Shown here: one piece after another, positions 48,467 to 58,200 of the stretch
How the letters are laid out: the number at the start of each line of letters is the position of its first letter
Numbering within the stretch: the stretch's first letter is position 1
Source: an uncultured Gammaproteobacteria bacterium
GTDB lineage: Bacteria > Patescibacteriota > Microgenomatia > Curtissbacterales > GWA2-41-24
Direction: 5' to 3'
Assembly: GCA_964492425.1 (NCBI GenBank)
Contig: CAZBKB010000003.1
Coordinates: forward strand, 6,682 to 70,681
Length of the DNA stretch: 64,000 nucleotides
Notes under the pieces: model-generated
Databases searched by the model: none
Told to the model about the DNA's origin: nothing
What the model saw: the letters and a program-made list of their open reading frames with translations, nothing else
Translations under genes and position numbers: made by a program

Positions 48467-49492
48467 TTACAGGACATTTAAATCATGGATTCTATAGTAT
48501 TTTTCAAGAATGGATTGGGCTTTTTTCTCCCCCAAATCACTAAAAATTGCACTCTCACCGCCAAAACCAACCCACCAATTTACCCCAACAATACTTTCCT
48601 GTTCAGATATCAAAGAGAGTACCCGCTCAATCCATCTTGACTGTTCTTCTTCATCCATCTCTCCATGAATGTGAAGGATTGGAGCTCCGAGTTCTCCAAG
48701 TATGATCTGTGCTTTGGTCGAATTTTTAAGTTCAACGATTTGGTCCACAAAATCCTCCGGCTTTCTAGTATAATGGTCAACAACAATTAAATTGTCCATT
48801 TCAGAAAGTGTTTTTTTATCAAATACTAACTTTGCCACATCCAAATTCATGGAAGTGTAATTTGTATTTACCTTTTTGCCGGTCTTTGCAAATTCCTCAT
48901 CCATCACTCGCCTCTCGCTGGTCATAAAAGTGCGAAAACCATCAATATCAGTATTATATCTTGGGTCACCCGGTCCACCGTTCTCACATTCCGGGCATGC
49001 TGTAAAAATGTCTCCATCTTCAAATAAATCAGCATTACTGCCAATAAACTGTTTTAATTTCTCAATATGCCCATCACGATTTAAATTCTTTTCGTAACCG
49101 AACCAACCTTCCCAGGACGAAAAGTTTCCTCGAAACCATACTTTCAAATTATATTGTCTGGCAAAGTTCACCCATCGTTTTAAATAAGGGACAAATTCCT
49201 GATCGTATGGGGTATCCACTGCAACATGGGTAGCACCAGTTTTAGAAATCAGTCCCATCTGCCTGTTTATTTCTAAATCAAAAGATTGTTCTTTGAACTT
49301 TATCCTCGCCTTGTCCCTGGAATCCTTCATCGTATCTATCGATTTAACCCGCCAAACACGCCCCGAGACAGGAAATTCCAATTGCTCACTATCTTTTTTA
49401 CCGGTAGCGTTAAAAAGAGATGAAAAAATTATTAATGCCCCAAAGACCAATATTGCAGAAATAACAATCTTCTTAATATTTACTAGATTCAC
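48467..49492 (-). CDS. Membrane-anchored putative glycoside hydrolase (TIM barrel, clan GH-A-like)
   Basis: TM helix; GATHVAVDTPYD, LKVWFRG, PECE, VDHY, ILGELG, GVNWW. Confidence 0.55.
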   Translation of the reverse strand: MNLVNIKKIVISAILVFGALIIFSSLFNATGKKDSEQLEFPVSGRVWRVKSIDTMKDSRDKARIKFKEQSFDLEINRQMGLISKTGATHVAVDTPYDQEFVPYLKRWVNFARQYNLKVWFRGNFSSWEGWFGYEKNLNRDGHIEKLKQFIGSNADLFEDGDIFTACPECENGGPGDPRYNTDIDGFRTFMTSERRVMDEEFAKTGKKVNTNYTSMNLDVAKLVFDKKTLSEMDNLIVVDHYTRKPEDFVDQIVELKNSTKAQIILGELGAPILHIHGEMDEEEQSRWIERVLSLISEQESIVGVNWWVGFGGESAIFSDLGEKKAQSILEKYYRIHDLNVL

Positions 49493-51192
49493 AGTTTCTT
49501 GTATATTTTTAGATTCCCCTCACTATAAACAACCTCAAAATTATTGTATAGCAGTTCTTTATTTTCCAAAAGTTCACCTAAAGCATCACCCGAAAGATTC
49601 TCATCAAGAACCACCCAGGTTGCATGTCGGGTTGGATCTGTTAGTGAATTCCTCCACCACTTTCTACTCCCTTCGTATATAAAATTGTTATAGGAAAGTT
49701 TAGTTTGAAACATGAAATTTTCGTGCCTATGAGCACTTACTAAAATTAAACCTCCGTCATAATTCTCGCGAAACCACTTTGAATACTCAAATTCAAGATA
49801 CTCGGCCTTTTTAGGAAGAGAAAAAGTCAATAAAAATGGTGTTGCAAATAATGTATAAAGCTGGAATATAATTAGCCCAAACACAATTCCGGTTAATAAT
49901 TTATTCCTGCCGTAAACGAGCCCAATCATAACTGCCATAAGTGGTAATGTAATTATTCCATAGCGAATATTAGAACTTGACCCAAAATTTAAATTCTTAT
50001 TCAAAATATTGGCAAAAGTTACCATTGGTGTTTCGATTTTCGGGATTAACCCTTTCGAATATCCCACAATTAAGAAACCGAATACGCAAAAGGTCATTAT
50101 AAAAATCGGGGTTAATAAAACATCTAATTTTCGCCTAACAACGTTTAGCAAATTTAGAGCACATAAGTACAAGAAGGCAATTGCAGCCAGAAGACTGATA
50201 ATAATACCATTTATAAAAAGCATAGCTGTGGAATAAATTTTTAAAGCATCGAATAATTTTATATTCCTATCAGGTTCAGAAACTGCCCCGACACCCTCTA
50301 CTGTAACCACTGGATCTACGGCAATGACCAGCTTTTTACCTGTATATAAATTTAACCAGTATATCGGATCCTTAAAAATTAAAAATGAATAAAATGACCA
50401 CAATAAAATACCAAAAACAGCCAAAGTTACAAAGAAAATAACTACACCCTGTATTTTCTGTTTGTTTTTAAGTGAATAAATTGCAGCCGAAACTGCCCCA
50501 ACACTCAATGTGGCAGCACCAAATAGTGCATAACCCTCATAACGGGTCAATGTTGTTAAAATTACAAACACTGCAGCATACAACAGATGCAAAATATTTT
50601 TGGTCTTTGCCCATTTGGTTAAAAAGTAAACAATCATGACCAGTGTGAAAAGGAAAAAAGATTCACTCATAGCCATAGTTTGCAAAAAAAGTATATTAAT
50701 ATTTGTGACATACACAAACCAGGCTAAAATTCCGCCAAACCTGTTTTTCGTGATTATATAAACAGTCTTGTAGAGAAACACCGCACTTATAATAAATGCA
50801 ATCATTGAAGGAATTGCCCCAGCCAGCCCGCTATGCCATAAGAATTTATTCCAAATAAATGGCAAAAATAATACCTGCGGAAATGGAAGCCAAATACCTC
50901 CAAGCTGAGCAAAGCCAGGTGTTAATGAATCAATAATTTTTCTTGCAATATTTAGACGTGCAATTGCATCATAATCTGCCAGATTCTTATTCCCCGAAAA
51001 ATAAAACACCAAAAAAGAAATAATGCTTATAAAAATTGTTGCCAGAATAAGCCAAAAATCAAACTTATTGTAAAAAAAATCCTTTTTAAAACCGTTTTTT
51101 TGCCTCTCTTTTCTCTCACCAATAATCGAATTCGCACTGGCAAGTGCTCCATGATTCGGCAATCTTGGTGCAATCACTTTATTCCCTTTCAA
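49489..51192 (-). CDS. GT-C (ArnT/PMT-like, GT39-type) integral membrane glycosyltransferase
   Basis: DAIARLNIAR, WLPFP, MSES, TRYEG; many TM helices. Confidence 0.85.
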   Translation of the reverse strand: MKGNKVIAPRLPNHGALASANSIIGERKERQKNGFKKDFFYNKFDFWLILATIFISIISFLVFYFSGNKNLADYDAIARLNIARKIIDSLTPGFAQLGGIWLPFPQVLFLPFIWNKFLWHSGLAGAIPSMIAFIISAVFLYKTVYIITKNRFGGILAWFVYVTNINILFLQTMAMSESFFLFTLVMIVYFLTKWAKTKNILHLLYAAVFVILTTLTRYEGYALFGAATLSVGAVSAAIYSLKNKQKIQGVVIFFVTLAVFGILLWSFYSFLIFKDPIYWLNLYTGKKLVIAVDPVVTVEGVGAVSEPDRNIKLFDALKIYSTAMLFINGIIISLLAAIAFLYLCALNLLNVVRRKLDVLLTPIFIMTFCVFGFLIVGYSKGLIPKIETPMVTFANILNKNLNFGSSSNIRYGIITLPLMAVMIGLVYGRNKLLTGIVFGLIIFQLYTLFATPFLLTFSLPKKAEYLEFEYSKWFRENYDGGLILVSAHRHENFMFQTKLSYNNFIYEGSRKWWRNSLTDPTRHATWVVLDENLSGDALGELLENKELLYNNFEVVYSEGNLKIYKKL

Positions 51193-52084
51193 AAATGGTT
51201 AAATTTTGAGAGTTAGTCCTGAGGTTAAAGGTTACATACCGAGAAAAATTTACCGCAAATTCCAAAACCGCAAGTATAGTAAATATTGGCGACTTAAAAA
51301 AACTCAAAAAAAGCTGCTTTAAAAGTAAAATCCTGGGAAACCTGTATTCAATGTCAATATATTGCTTGTCGAAATATTGAGACAAGGCTGATTTTCCAAG
51401 ATAAAATTTGTCGCTATGTGCTTGCCGATCCTCAGTCGTACTAATATTCTTTGCTAACACCCTGGCGTCGTTTGCCTTCACCATCAGGAATCCAAGTTCT
51501 TTTAGCCTTAAATAGCAGTAGCAATCTTCAGGTACATCAGATGGAAAAAATAATTTTCTAGAAAAGCTGCGTGCAATCGCTCTCATTGTATGGCCGCTGC
51601 AATTGTATAAATTATCACCTCCGCGAAATTTTTCGAACGCGTTTTGCTTTATTTCATTTTCAGTCCGAAAAACTTTCTCAAAGAACGTTCTTGGAGTTTC
51701 CATAATATCCCTTCCAACCACCATACCGATTCTAGAGTTGTCACAGTCATGATACGGTTTAACCAGTTTTGCAAGCGTCCAACAGTCATATGGTACAGTA
51801 TCAGCTTCCACTATAACCAAAATATCCCCCTTAAATTTTGCAATCATTTGATTCTGTCTTGCCTGCTGACTCATTCTTTGTCCGTCATCATAAAACTTTA
51901 CCCTTCTATCCTTTATACTTTTAACTATTTGTGCAGTTAAATCAGTGCTCCCGTCAGAAATTATCAAAACCTCACTAAGTTTGAAACCAACCTCCTTTTG
52001 CGAAAGTATCAGCCGAACGAGCTTTCCAATATTTTTTTCTTCGTTGTAGGCAGGAATTCCGACCGTTACTTGTAAATTTTTCAT
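51179..52084 (-). CDS. GT2 family glycosyltransferase
   Basis: IPAYNEE, SDGSTD.T, EAD, ED. Confidence 0.9.
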   Translation of the reverse strand: MKNLQVTVGIPAYNEEKNIGKLVRLILSQKEVGFKLSEVLIISDGSTDLTAQIVKSIKDRRVKFYDDGQRMSQQARQNQMIAKFKGDILVIVEADTVPYDCWTLAKLVKPYHDCDNSRIGMVVGRDIMETPRTFFEKVFRTENEIKQNAFEKFRGGDNLYNCSGHTMRAIARSFSRKLFFPSDVPEDCYCYLRLKELGFLMVKANDARVLAKNISTTEDRQAHSDKFYLGKSALSQYFDKQYIDIEYRFPRILLLKQLFLSFFKSPIFTILAVLEFAVNFSRYVTFNLRTNSQNLTIFERE

Positions 52085-53163
52085 ATTGATATTTTTGTAA
52101 ACTTGGCAAATTTCAGGGTGTTTTTTATGATTGAGCTTATCTCTTTACCTTTTAATCTTGGGTAAAGCGGCAAGCTTACACACCTTGCACCTATAAATTC
52201 TGTATTTCTTAAAGAACCTCGAAAGTATTTCTTGTAACCTTTCATTTTGTGAAGAGGCAAATAGTGAATCCCCAGATGAATTCCTGCTTTTCTCATAGAA
52301 ATCAGGAACCGGTCCCTGTTTTCAACAAGTATCGGGTACAGATGGTTGCCAGTGTTCTTAAAACCAAAAGCCTTGTTGTACTTATTAACTATTTCATTTC
52401 TTTTATTGTTAAACTTCTCAACCTTTAGAAGCTGCTTCCGCCCAATGGCTGCCTCAACATCTGTCATATCAAAGTTCCAGGAAGGAAAATCTACCTCCCA
52501 ATAAAATCCGGATGGGTCATCAACTTTTTCCCTGCCTCGGTAACGCGCCAGTGTATCTTTGGTTAACCCTCCATGGCACGCTTTTTGGTAAAAGTTCCAA
52601 TCTTTTTTACTGTTTGTCGCAATCATACCACCACGAACAGTCGTCATATTCTTGACAGCATAAAACGAATAACAGCTCACATTGCCACGAAAGTCATTCT
52701 TTTCAATTCTATGTGCACTATCATAAATAACCGGAACACTAAAACTGCTAAAACCGGTAGCATATCGTGCAGCAAAGTGTACAGGAATGATAGCTTTGGT
52801 TTTTTTAGTAATCTTACGCTTGACATCTGCCGGATCCAGACACCAATCGGACAACTTTACATCCGCAAAAACCGGCACACCGCCTGCATGTATCACCACA
52901 GCAGCTGTTGCAGTCCAGGTTAAAGAAGGCACAATCACTTCATCACCAGACTTTAAATTCAACTTGGAAAGTGCCAGGTAAAGCGCCATAGTACAACCGT
53001 TTGTAGCAACTGCATATTTTGAACCGATAAATTTGGCGAACTCTTGCTCCAGGGCAACACAATGCTGACCGCGAATGAGCCATTCCGACTTCAAAACCGC
53101 AACTGCTGCGTTTATCTCATCCCGGCCAATATTAGGTCTTGATAAATTGATAGACTTTCTCAT
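52081..53163 (-). CDS. DegT/DnrJ/EryC1/StrS PLP-dependent sugar aminotransferase
   Basis: NGCT.AL, GDEVIVP, PVHF, DSAH, SFYAVKN (PLP Lys), SLPLYP. Confidence 0.95.
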   Translation of the reverse strand: MRKSINLSRPNIGRDEINAAVAVLKSEWLIRGQHCVALEQEFAKFIGSKYAVATNGCTMALYLALSKLNLKSGDEVIVPSLTWTATAAVVIHAGGVPVFADVKLSDWCLDPADVKRKITKKTKAIIPVHFAARYATGFSSFSVPVIYDSAHRIEKNDFRGNVSCYSFYAVKNMTTVRGGMIATNSKKDWNFYQKACHGGLTKDTLARYRGREKVDDPSGFYWEVDFPSWNFDMTDVEAAIGRKQLLKVEKFNNKRNEIVNKYNKAFGFKNTGNHLYPILVENRDRFLISMRKAGIHLGIHYLPLHKMKGYKKYFRGSLRNTEFIGARCVSLPLYPRLKGKEISSIIKNTLKFAKFTKISI

Positions 53164-54161
53164 AAAACCAGCCTCTCGATCATCACCCTTTTTCTGTAAT
53201 TGGGTCTGTTTATATGATTTCTAAGGTATTTAACACGAAAATACTCATCGTCACCTAGATCTTGTATCTCTCCATTCTCAAAAGACTTATAAAGCTCTGA
53301 AATTGCATCTTTTATTGTGAAGCGGCACTTAAACTTTAATTCACTCTTAATCCTGGAAAAATCAACAAGATAACTTCTTTTATCAACATTGTCATAAAGT
53401 TGTACAAACTCAACCTTTGGTAAATATTCGGCAATTTTTACGCCCAGCTGAGAAATTTTAAAATTCTGGTCGTTCGAACCGACATTAAAAACCCTATGTT
53501 TTGGACTTTTAATATGAAGAGCAAGATAAATTGCGCTTGCAACATCCCTGACATGAACAACCGGTCTCCATTGTTCCCCACCGTTTACAACTATTTTCTT
53601 TTCAAAAAAACTGTTTCCTATCATTGTATTAACCACTAAATCAAATCGTGGCTTTTTTGAATACCCATAAACTGTTGCAAGCCTCAAAATTATGCCATTT
53701 ACGTCAGAATCTAAATAAAATTTCTCAGACAGCATCTTTGTTCTTGCATATAAAGAAACAGGATTAGGTTTGTCCAGCTCATTAAAGATTCCTCTGCTGC
53801 TAAAGCCATAAACGGAACAAGATGAAGCATAAACTACCCTTTTGTCTGTTGACCTGCACAAATTGGCAATTGTCTCGTTCGCCCGATAATTTATTTCCCA
53901 GGTTAATGAAGGCGCAAGGTCAGAAGCAGGATCGTTAGATATCGCCGCCAAATTTACGATTGCTTCATGGCAGTCAATGGCCGGTAACAAATCATTGATA
54001 TTAGTAACATCAGCATGAATAAAATTACATCCGGCGTCAATTTTTGTACCTTTCTCATATAAAAGGTTGTCATAAACAGTAACCTCATCACCCCGAGATT
54101 TTAGATATTCACACAAAACAGAACCAATAAAGCCAGCCCCGCCTAAAATTAAAACCTTCAT
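53160..54161 (-). CDS. NAD-dependent nucleotide-sugar epimerase/dehydratase (SDR)
   Basis: GGAGFIG, SSCSVYG, YARTK (YxxxK), RFDLVVN. Confidence 0.95.
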   Translation of the reverse strand: MKVLILGGAGFIGSVLCEYLKSRGDEVTVYDNLLYEKGTKIDAGCNFIHADVTNINDLLPAIDCHEAIVNLAAISNDPASDLAPSLTWEINYRANETIANLCRSTDKRVVYASSCSVYGFSSRGIFNELDKPNPVSLYARTKMLSEKFYLDSDVNGIILRLATVYGYSKKPRFDLVVNTMIGNSFFEKKIVVNGGEQWRPVVHVRDVASAIYLALHIKSPKHRVFNVGSNDQNFKISQLGVKIAEYLPKVEFVQLYDNVDKRSYLVDFSRIKSELKFKCRFTIKDAISELYKSFENGEIQDLGDDEYFRVKYLRNHINRPNYRKRVMIERLVL

Positions 54162-55285
54162 AATCTCTGCCTTTCGCGTTTATCCAGATCAACAACCTCA
54201 CGGCAAAAGTTGGCATAATCTCGCGAGATATTATTCCAACCATATTTTCTGGCAAAAGGCCTGGCAGATTTAGATAATTTCAGCCGAAGCTTAGAATTAG
54301 TCGAAATTTCAATCAATTTTTGAGATAGTTCATCAACCCTGAATGGTCTCGCCTTTAGCGAAACATCATCCGTAACCCACTTCATACCGGCAACATCAAA
54401 GCAAACAACCGGTTTTGAAAAACTCGTATATTCCAGAGGAACCAGTGGAAAATCTTCAAAACGTGAAGGATACACACCAAACTTTGCACCGCGAAGTAGC
54501 AGCTCTTTCTTTTTCCCATCAGCCCTCCCGACAAATCTGACTTTACCTTCAAGTTTTTTCTTTTTTATAAGACCGACAAGTCTTTTTTCCTCATCTTTTG
54601 GTCCATTTCCTGCAATTACAAGCTTTGTCGAAACCTTCCCATTTATCCTTGCGAATGCTTCAAGTAACAAGTCCAAACCTTTTTGTACAATATCAATCCT
54701 GCCGATAAAAAGTGCATAGTTCCCATCTTTTACTTTTTTTGTAAATGCTTCCTCGCCAATACCGTTCGGAATAAGCCGAAAATGAATTTTCGGATTCATT
54801 TTCAACATTTTTTTCTGGTTTATAGGTGAATATGCAAGAAAATATTTATAGAATCTAACACCCAATTTTTCAACTAAATGAAACGGCAAATGATACTTCT
54901 TGGAAAATTCACCGGCTTCGAACATTGTAGGCATCCCGATTACAGGAATCTTGGTATAAAGCGGCGAAAAACAAGTTGAAATCGGGGCAGTAAAACACTC
55001 AATAATAACGTCTGCCTTAAATTTCCAAAGTGCAAGAGGAAGAGCCACAAAGAAAGCTGCATTGTTAAACCGTATATTAGCACTCCCCAAACCTATGTGC
55101 TTATAAAAAATCCCATAATACTTTTGGTCCTTGGATTTCGGGTACCTTGAACAAATTATCGTTACCTTATGACCCATTTTGACCAGACGCCTGCTCACCT
55201 CAAAAGTTGCCCTTGCCTGGCCACCAGACAAAAAAGGATTTTTAATATCATCAAAATCAACAAATGTTATGTGTAACTTCTTCAT
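54158..55285 (-). CDS. GT4 family glycosyltransferase
   Basis: IPNG, FIGR...KG, PSRFEDFPLVPLE (E-x7-E). Confidence 0.92.
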   Translation of the reverse strand: MKKLHITFVDFDDIKNPFLSGGQARATFEVSRRLVKMGHKVTIICSRYPKSKDQKYYGIFYKHIGLGSANIRFNNAAFFVALPLALWKFKADVIIECFTAPISTCFSPLYTKIPVIGMPTMFEAGEFSKKYHLPFHLVEKLGVRFYKYFLAYSPINQKKMLKMNPKIHFRLIPNGIGEEAFTKKVKDGNYALFIGRIDIVQKGLDLLLEAFARINGKVSTKLVIAGNGPKDEEKRLVGLIKKKKLEGKVRFVGRADGKKKELLLRGAKFGVYPSRFEDFPLVPLEYTSFSKPVVCFDVAGMKWVTDDVSLKARPFRVDELSQKLIEISTNSKLRLKLSKSARPFARKYGWNNISRDYANFCREVVDLDKRERQRL

Positions 55286-58200
55286 ATTTTCTCCCCACCC
55301 AAAGCCACGTTCTCAGTAAATTTCGGACTTTTAGCTGAATTCACTTCCCTAAGTATTAGATTGTAAAAAGCAGTGGAACTACGCTCCCATGAAAATTGGG
55401 ATGCCCACAAAGTACCCTGACGCTCTAACCTTTTTCTAAGTTCTTCATTGGATATTAAGCTTAAAATTGAACTTGAAAATGAATCTACGTTTCCCCACTC
55501 AACCAGAAATCCGTTATAGTTGTGGACAACTGAATCACGAAGACCAGCAACGCTGGAAGCGATAACAGCCGTGGAGCAAGAACTTGCTTCCACTACCGAG
55601 ATTCCCCACCCCTCTAGCATTGATGGTTGTACAAATATCCAAGATTCTGAAAGTAATTTCCACTTCAGCTCGTCATCAACCCGACCCATGAACTCCACCG
55701 AACTTACGAGTCCTAATTTTTCGACTAATCGTTTCAGAAAATCTTCACTCTCCCCTTCTCCAGCAATGATTAGTCTAGCCTTAGGATAAACAGATGCAAT
55801 TTTTATCATCGAATAAATCAATGTATCAATAGATTTATACGGTTTTAATCTACCCATGTATAAAAGTTGCGGGTATTGGGTCTTTGCATATTTATTGACG
55901 TTTACATTGTCAACTCCAGGATTAATTACTTCTATACTGTTTACAAAGCCAAGTTTTTCCAAGTCAACTTTCGAAGAATTAGACACAGTCACAAGCTTCT
56001 TATTCCTGTACGCAACAGGCATCAAAAACCCTTCTAAAACCTGTGCAATTTTATTAAACGGAAACGCAAGCTGTGTTCTAAAAACTTCTTGATGCACGTG
56101 ATGTACCAGTACAATGATCGGCAAATTTGAATACAGAGGTGTAAAAAACGGGATTCCGTTTTCGCAGTCAATCACCAGATCAAATTTTTTCCTAAATCTG
56201 AAAATGTAATAAAGAAATGCCCATATATACACTGTATAAAAACCGCCACGTCTGATAATATTTACACCATCAATTTTTTCAAACCTCAAATTATGGCCAT
56301 CATTACCGCAAAATATAGTAACCTGATGGCCCTGTTTTACTAAATTTTTTGCAATCTCATGGGCATATATCTCTGCTCCTCCTGCCCATTTGTGCTTTAA
56401 GTCTCGCCAGTTCATAATTAAAATTCTCAAGTTTGGATAAATTAATGCTTTTTTATTCTTATTAGGCGCAAACAGTAATACCAAATCCTCTAAATTCCTA
56501 CTAACAACCCGCACCCTCTCTTCAAATATGTGCATTAACAGCAAGACCACGAAACCCGATATGCTTACAATAAACATTCCGTTCACTATCTGACTAATAT
56601 TGGAATGGAAAATGGAAATCATAAAAATTTCGAAGAGTGCCAATGCTAATCCAACCGCAGGAAATAAATTTAGTTTTCTTGTCTGATGAAAAAGCATCAG
56701 AGAGGTTGATATAGTAAAAAGCAAAATCGCAAACCCAAATAGCGGCAAAAACTGCGCAATCACATGTGCCTTATCACCAAATAATATTGGCGCACTTATA
56801 TGCCCAAAAAGACCAATTGCAATATATGCCCCACAGGCACCGATTGACGAAAGTGCGAAAATTTTATTAAATGTGCTCTTACTCTTTTGGCCCTCTCCTT
56901 CTTCTTTAGAAACTATTGGAGTAATAAATTGCGAAAAAAGGGAACCTATAAAGAAAATCGACTTGGCGGCAATAGAAAGTAATGCGTACCTCCCGGCTTC
57001 TTCATTTGGTAAATAATGCTTCGCTAAGATTAAATCCAAGCTTATAAATGCAACGATCCAAAACTTCGTCAAGATCGAAGTAATAAAAAACTTAGATGGG
57101 AATAAAAGATGGTCTTCAATTCTCTTATGTTTTGCCTTACCAAGCCTCGAAGCATAAATCCAACCTGCGCAAAATGCGATTACCAGTGAGATTGGAATCG
57201 CCACATAAACAAATCTTCCAAATCCCATTTCAACCAAGAACCAGGTAAACATTAACCTAGAAATAGCCTCAACGACTAAAAGGATCCCGACTGCCTGGTA
57301 CTTATGACTTCCAAAAATAAAACCTTCATCGACAGCTGCAACTGCACCAACGAGCCAAACCGGCGAAAACAGAATAAACGGCAAAATAGAATTTTCTCTA
57401 AAATAGACACTAAAAAACGGTGACAAAATGATCCATACAAGTGCAACCCCGCAGCTCAACAGGAAAACTTTCTTTCTTGTTTGCCTCCAAAATTCAGATA
57501 TCACTTCCTTGTGCTTGCCCAGGAAAAAAGCGGTCTTGTGGGTAACAGTTCTTGAAAGTGATACGAAAAGTATTGTTGTTAAAAATGTAAAACTGCCGAT
57601 TAGAGAAATAAGTGCGTAACTTTCCAAAGAAACAGCTCTTGTTAAATATGCGTTGTAAATGAAATTCAAAAAGTTGGCAAATACTGTCGAAATCACCAAA
57701 AATGAACCGGAACCTGCCAGATAACCGGATATTTTTGGGAGTCCAGGAATATTATTCTTTAGCCTCGGTAAACTTAAAAAACTATATACCCCTTCAAATT
57801 GAGACCCAAATACTGCCTTAATATTTTGCCAAATAGATAATGTGCCGGATAGTTCGGTTTGTTTGATATTCAAACCGTGCTGTGTCTTTTCCCAAAAATG
57901 AGGCTTAAAGATTAACTGGTGCAACCCAACGAGAGCCGCAACACTCCCTAATAACCAGTACAAAGGAATTAAAAATACATATTTTACAAGAGACCACTGT
58001 TCACGTTTAGCACAACCGATCATGAAGAAATACATGTACATAAAGTTCCCAAAAACAAGGGAAATTATTGCCATATAAAAAACAGGTGCCGGATAAAGCT
58101 TATTTACGGTTTCCCCCATAATCGAAAAGAGCGGAAAATACAGTAGTGTTACTAACCACAAAATTGGGTTAATAAACATAAATGCAATTTTTCCACCCAA

